Shown: in pieces, positions 62,147 through 64,000 of the stretch
Layout: every line of letters starts with the position of its first letter
Numbering within the stretch: the stretch's first letter is position 1
Assembly (NCBI GenBank): GCA_903813345.2
Contig: CAIIXF020000001.1
Location: 7,192,001-7,256,000, forward strand
Source of the DNA: Owenia fusiformis
Lineage: Eukaryota
Length of the DNA stretch: 64,000 bases
Direction: 5' to 3'
Made by a program: the position numbers and the translations under genes
The notes under the pieces: generated by a model
The model's database searches: none
Seen by the model: only the letters and a program-made list of their open reading frames with translations
What the model was told of the DNA's origin: nothing

Positions 62147-62847
62147 TTACCATGGGTGTCATTTCAAACTTTGTAAATATGGCACCATTCGGTGAGCTCA
62201 CATGATGAAAGACCTAGTAATCTCTCCAAAATGACTCAAAACTGTAATTGAAACCGCCATAAAAAGCAATGTGTTCTTGATCAGGTGATTGGCAGTTTTC
62301 ATCTGAACAACTGGAATTGTTGCCAAGTGGATGGAGGACAGACATACAGAAAGATGAGCTAAAAAGTGTCAGTCACATATTAAACACTTAGTTACTCATT
62401 CTCTAAAAACAAATTACTTTACTCACCTCAAGGAGGAAGCATATGAAGAAGTTTGCGACTGCAATTCCAGGATCAATCTGAAGGGTATAGAGGGTGGCGG
62501 TTGCAGCTCCATGAAGTCTATTATGAATTGCAGGGGGTACACTGTCAACCAGACAGTCACAGCTGTTAGAACTATCAGATTTGCCAGGAACCAGTCTATG
62601 TGGAAAAATAAATAAAAAAAGTCAATGCCTTAATTAATATACCTGTAAGCATATATACTATAGGGTGTTCAATAAGTATTGCTTAATTGTTCAAACTTTT
62701 GTCCTGTTGGTTGGTTGGTTAACTTTTACATTGTTCTGTCAAAATTTTCAACATTATATTATTTTAGACAAAAGTTTGAGTCCAGCACCAAAGTATACAT
62801 ATATGTTTATCTTATGAAATACTAGGGCATATGGTAGGTGATACATT

Positions 62848-63037
62848 CAGGCCCGTAGCCAGAGGGGGAGCTGGGGAAGCTTCCGCTCCCTCCCCCCCCC
62901 TGGCCAGAAATTCTTTCAAAATCATACAGTTTTTCACCATTCTGGGAATTTTTCGCATGATTTTTAGCCAAAATTGTGAAAAAGCCCCCCCCCTGGGAAA
63001 AAGCTCCCCCTGCTGGTAAAAGCTGGCTACGGGCAAG
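62848..63037. mobile_element. hAT-type MITE
   Basis: CAGGCCCGTAGCCAG...CTGGCTACGGGC termini with GC-rich arms; TSD not clear. Confidence 0.65.
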
Positions 63038-64000
63038 CATTGCTAGCTACAATGAAATGTGTGAAGTAATTTATCATTATCGATATAATAAATCTCTTGG
63101 TTAAATTGGAACACATCAATCTTGAATCTCATTGTAATTATAAACAAGGCATTAGTCTCTTGCTTCAGTCTGTTCTCCATGACCAGCAGGCCCAGAAATA
63201 TAAGATCATTTTCCATCTGCTCTCTACAAGGAAAACAAAAATATGTTTGCATGTCCATTATTTATCTCAAAAATATAATAAAACTTGATTGCATTATAGT
63301 ATCTCAATTAAAGTTCATTGTTGGTTAATGAGATCAGGAAAACGGAAAAGAGAATGGGTGTCCAAAAGGATGAATTTGGTTTTGAAAGGAATTGACAGAA
63401 CAGGAATAAGAAACTGTAACATTTTCAGTAGAACAGTCCATCGCATGCCTTACCTCTGAGCTCTTTGTACCTTGACCAGGGACATCTTGGGCAATGGTTT
63501 ATAAGCAACAGCTATCACCCTGTAGCCTTGCTGGGTGTATTGCATTAATACATCATGGAAGTCAACAGGAACTGAAAATACAAAATGTATGAACATTGAT
63601 ATTGGTAAAAAATTCTGCAGGTTTATAGATCTATCCTCATGCCTCCAAAGCTGCGTTATTCAAAGAAAATATACCAAGCGATGAATTCAAGAAGTTTTTG
63701 TTACGGAAGAACATGAATTTGCAATAAATCATCTCACCCTGTAATGCCGTCATCGAAGAACAGTTATCAACAAATTTTACATATACAATTTTGTAAGTAC
63801 ATTTTATTTGATTGGCAAACCTTTGTGTTATACTGTACTATATCTTTTGGGGCTAAAATGAGTCAACGAACAATGTTTTCTCAAAAATGTCACATACCTG
63901 TTTCCTGCCTGCATAATGAGGCCACCATCTCTGGGGCACCTTTTGTATAGAGATCAAAGTGTGTGGAGTCCAGTGTACGTGTGATCACTGACATGCGTTG

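Larger units (their letters stand above)
61205..64000 (-). pseudogene. ATP13A: 3' part of a P5B-type ATPase (ATP13A2/3-like), apparently disrupted. Exons: >64000-63898, 63571-63454, 63223-~63150 (broken), 62595-62427 (frameshifted), 61738-61205
   Basis: QRMSVI...YTKGAPEMVASLC, VPVDFHDVLMQYTQQGYRVIAVAYK, LIFLGLLVMENRLKQET, last TM helices, and C-terminal YEAVEEEIAELPQWPP. The TGDN and GDGAND motifs and TM5-8 are absent between 63150 and 62597. Family call is strong; pseudogene status is moderate. Confidence 0.75.

Noticed and set aside
61741-62176. MNIEINACVYY / HVIHTCIYFNV repeat proteins
   Set aside because: Translation of an intronic 33-bp minisatellite; the real exon starts at 61738.

Overview
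AT-rich, intron-rich animal genomic DNA, most likely a lophotrochozoan invertebrate because it carries a Pax-beta-type paired box. I reconstructed four spliced protein-coding loci by hand from GT/AG sites and codon phase. (1) A + strand Pax-beta-like transcription factor (1331-17016) with two candidate N-terminal exons and a duplicated, apparently mutually exclusive exon for the end of the paired domain. (2) A - strand PLEKHM1-like RUN + Rubicon-homology gene (38430-22214; 16 exons, ~880 aa, no PH domains, candidate LIR). (3) Head-to-head with it, a + strand 8-exon gene (39223-55606, ~516 aa) encoding a prokaryote/metacaspase-type peptidase C14 domain (NDA...FSGHC...VDCCY) plus an unknown helical C-terminal region. 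This is the most unusual coding feature. (4) The 3' part of a - strand P5B ATPase (ATP13A-like) that appears broken by a large internal deletion and a frameshift. Introns are full of transposons. One 12-kb intron resolves into a ~172-bp intron plus a 5'-truncated LINE carrying three nested insertions, each with a visible target-site duplication. All family assignments come from motif recognition; no database searches were run.
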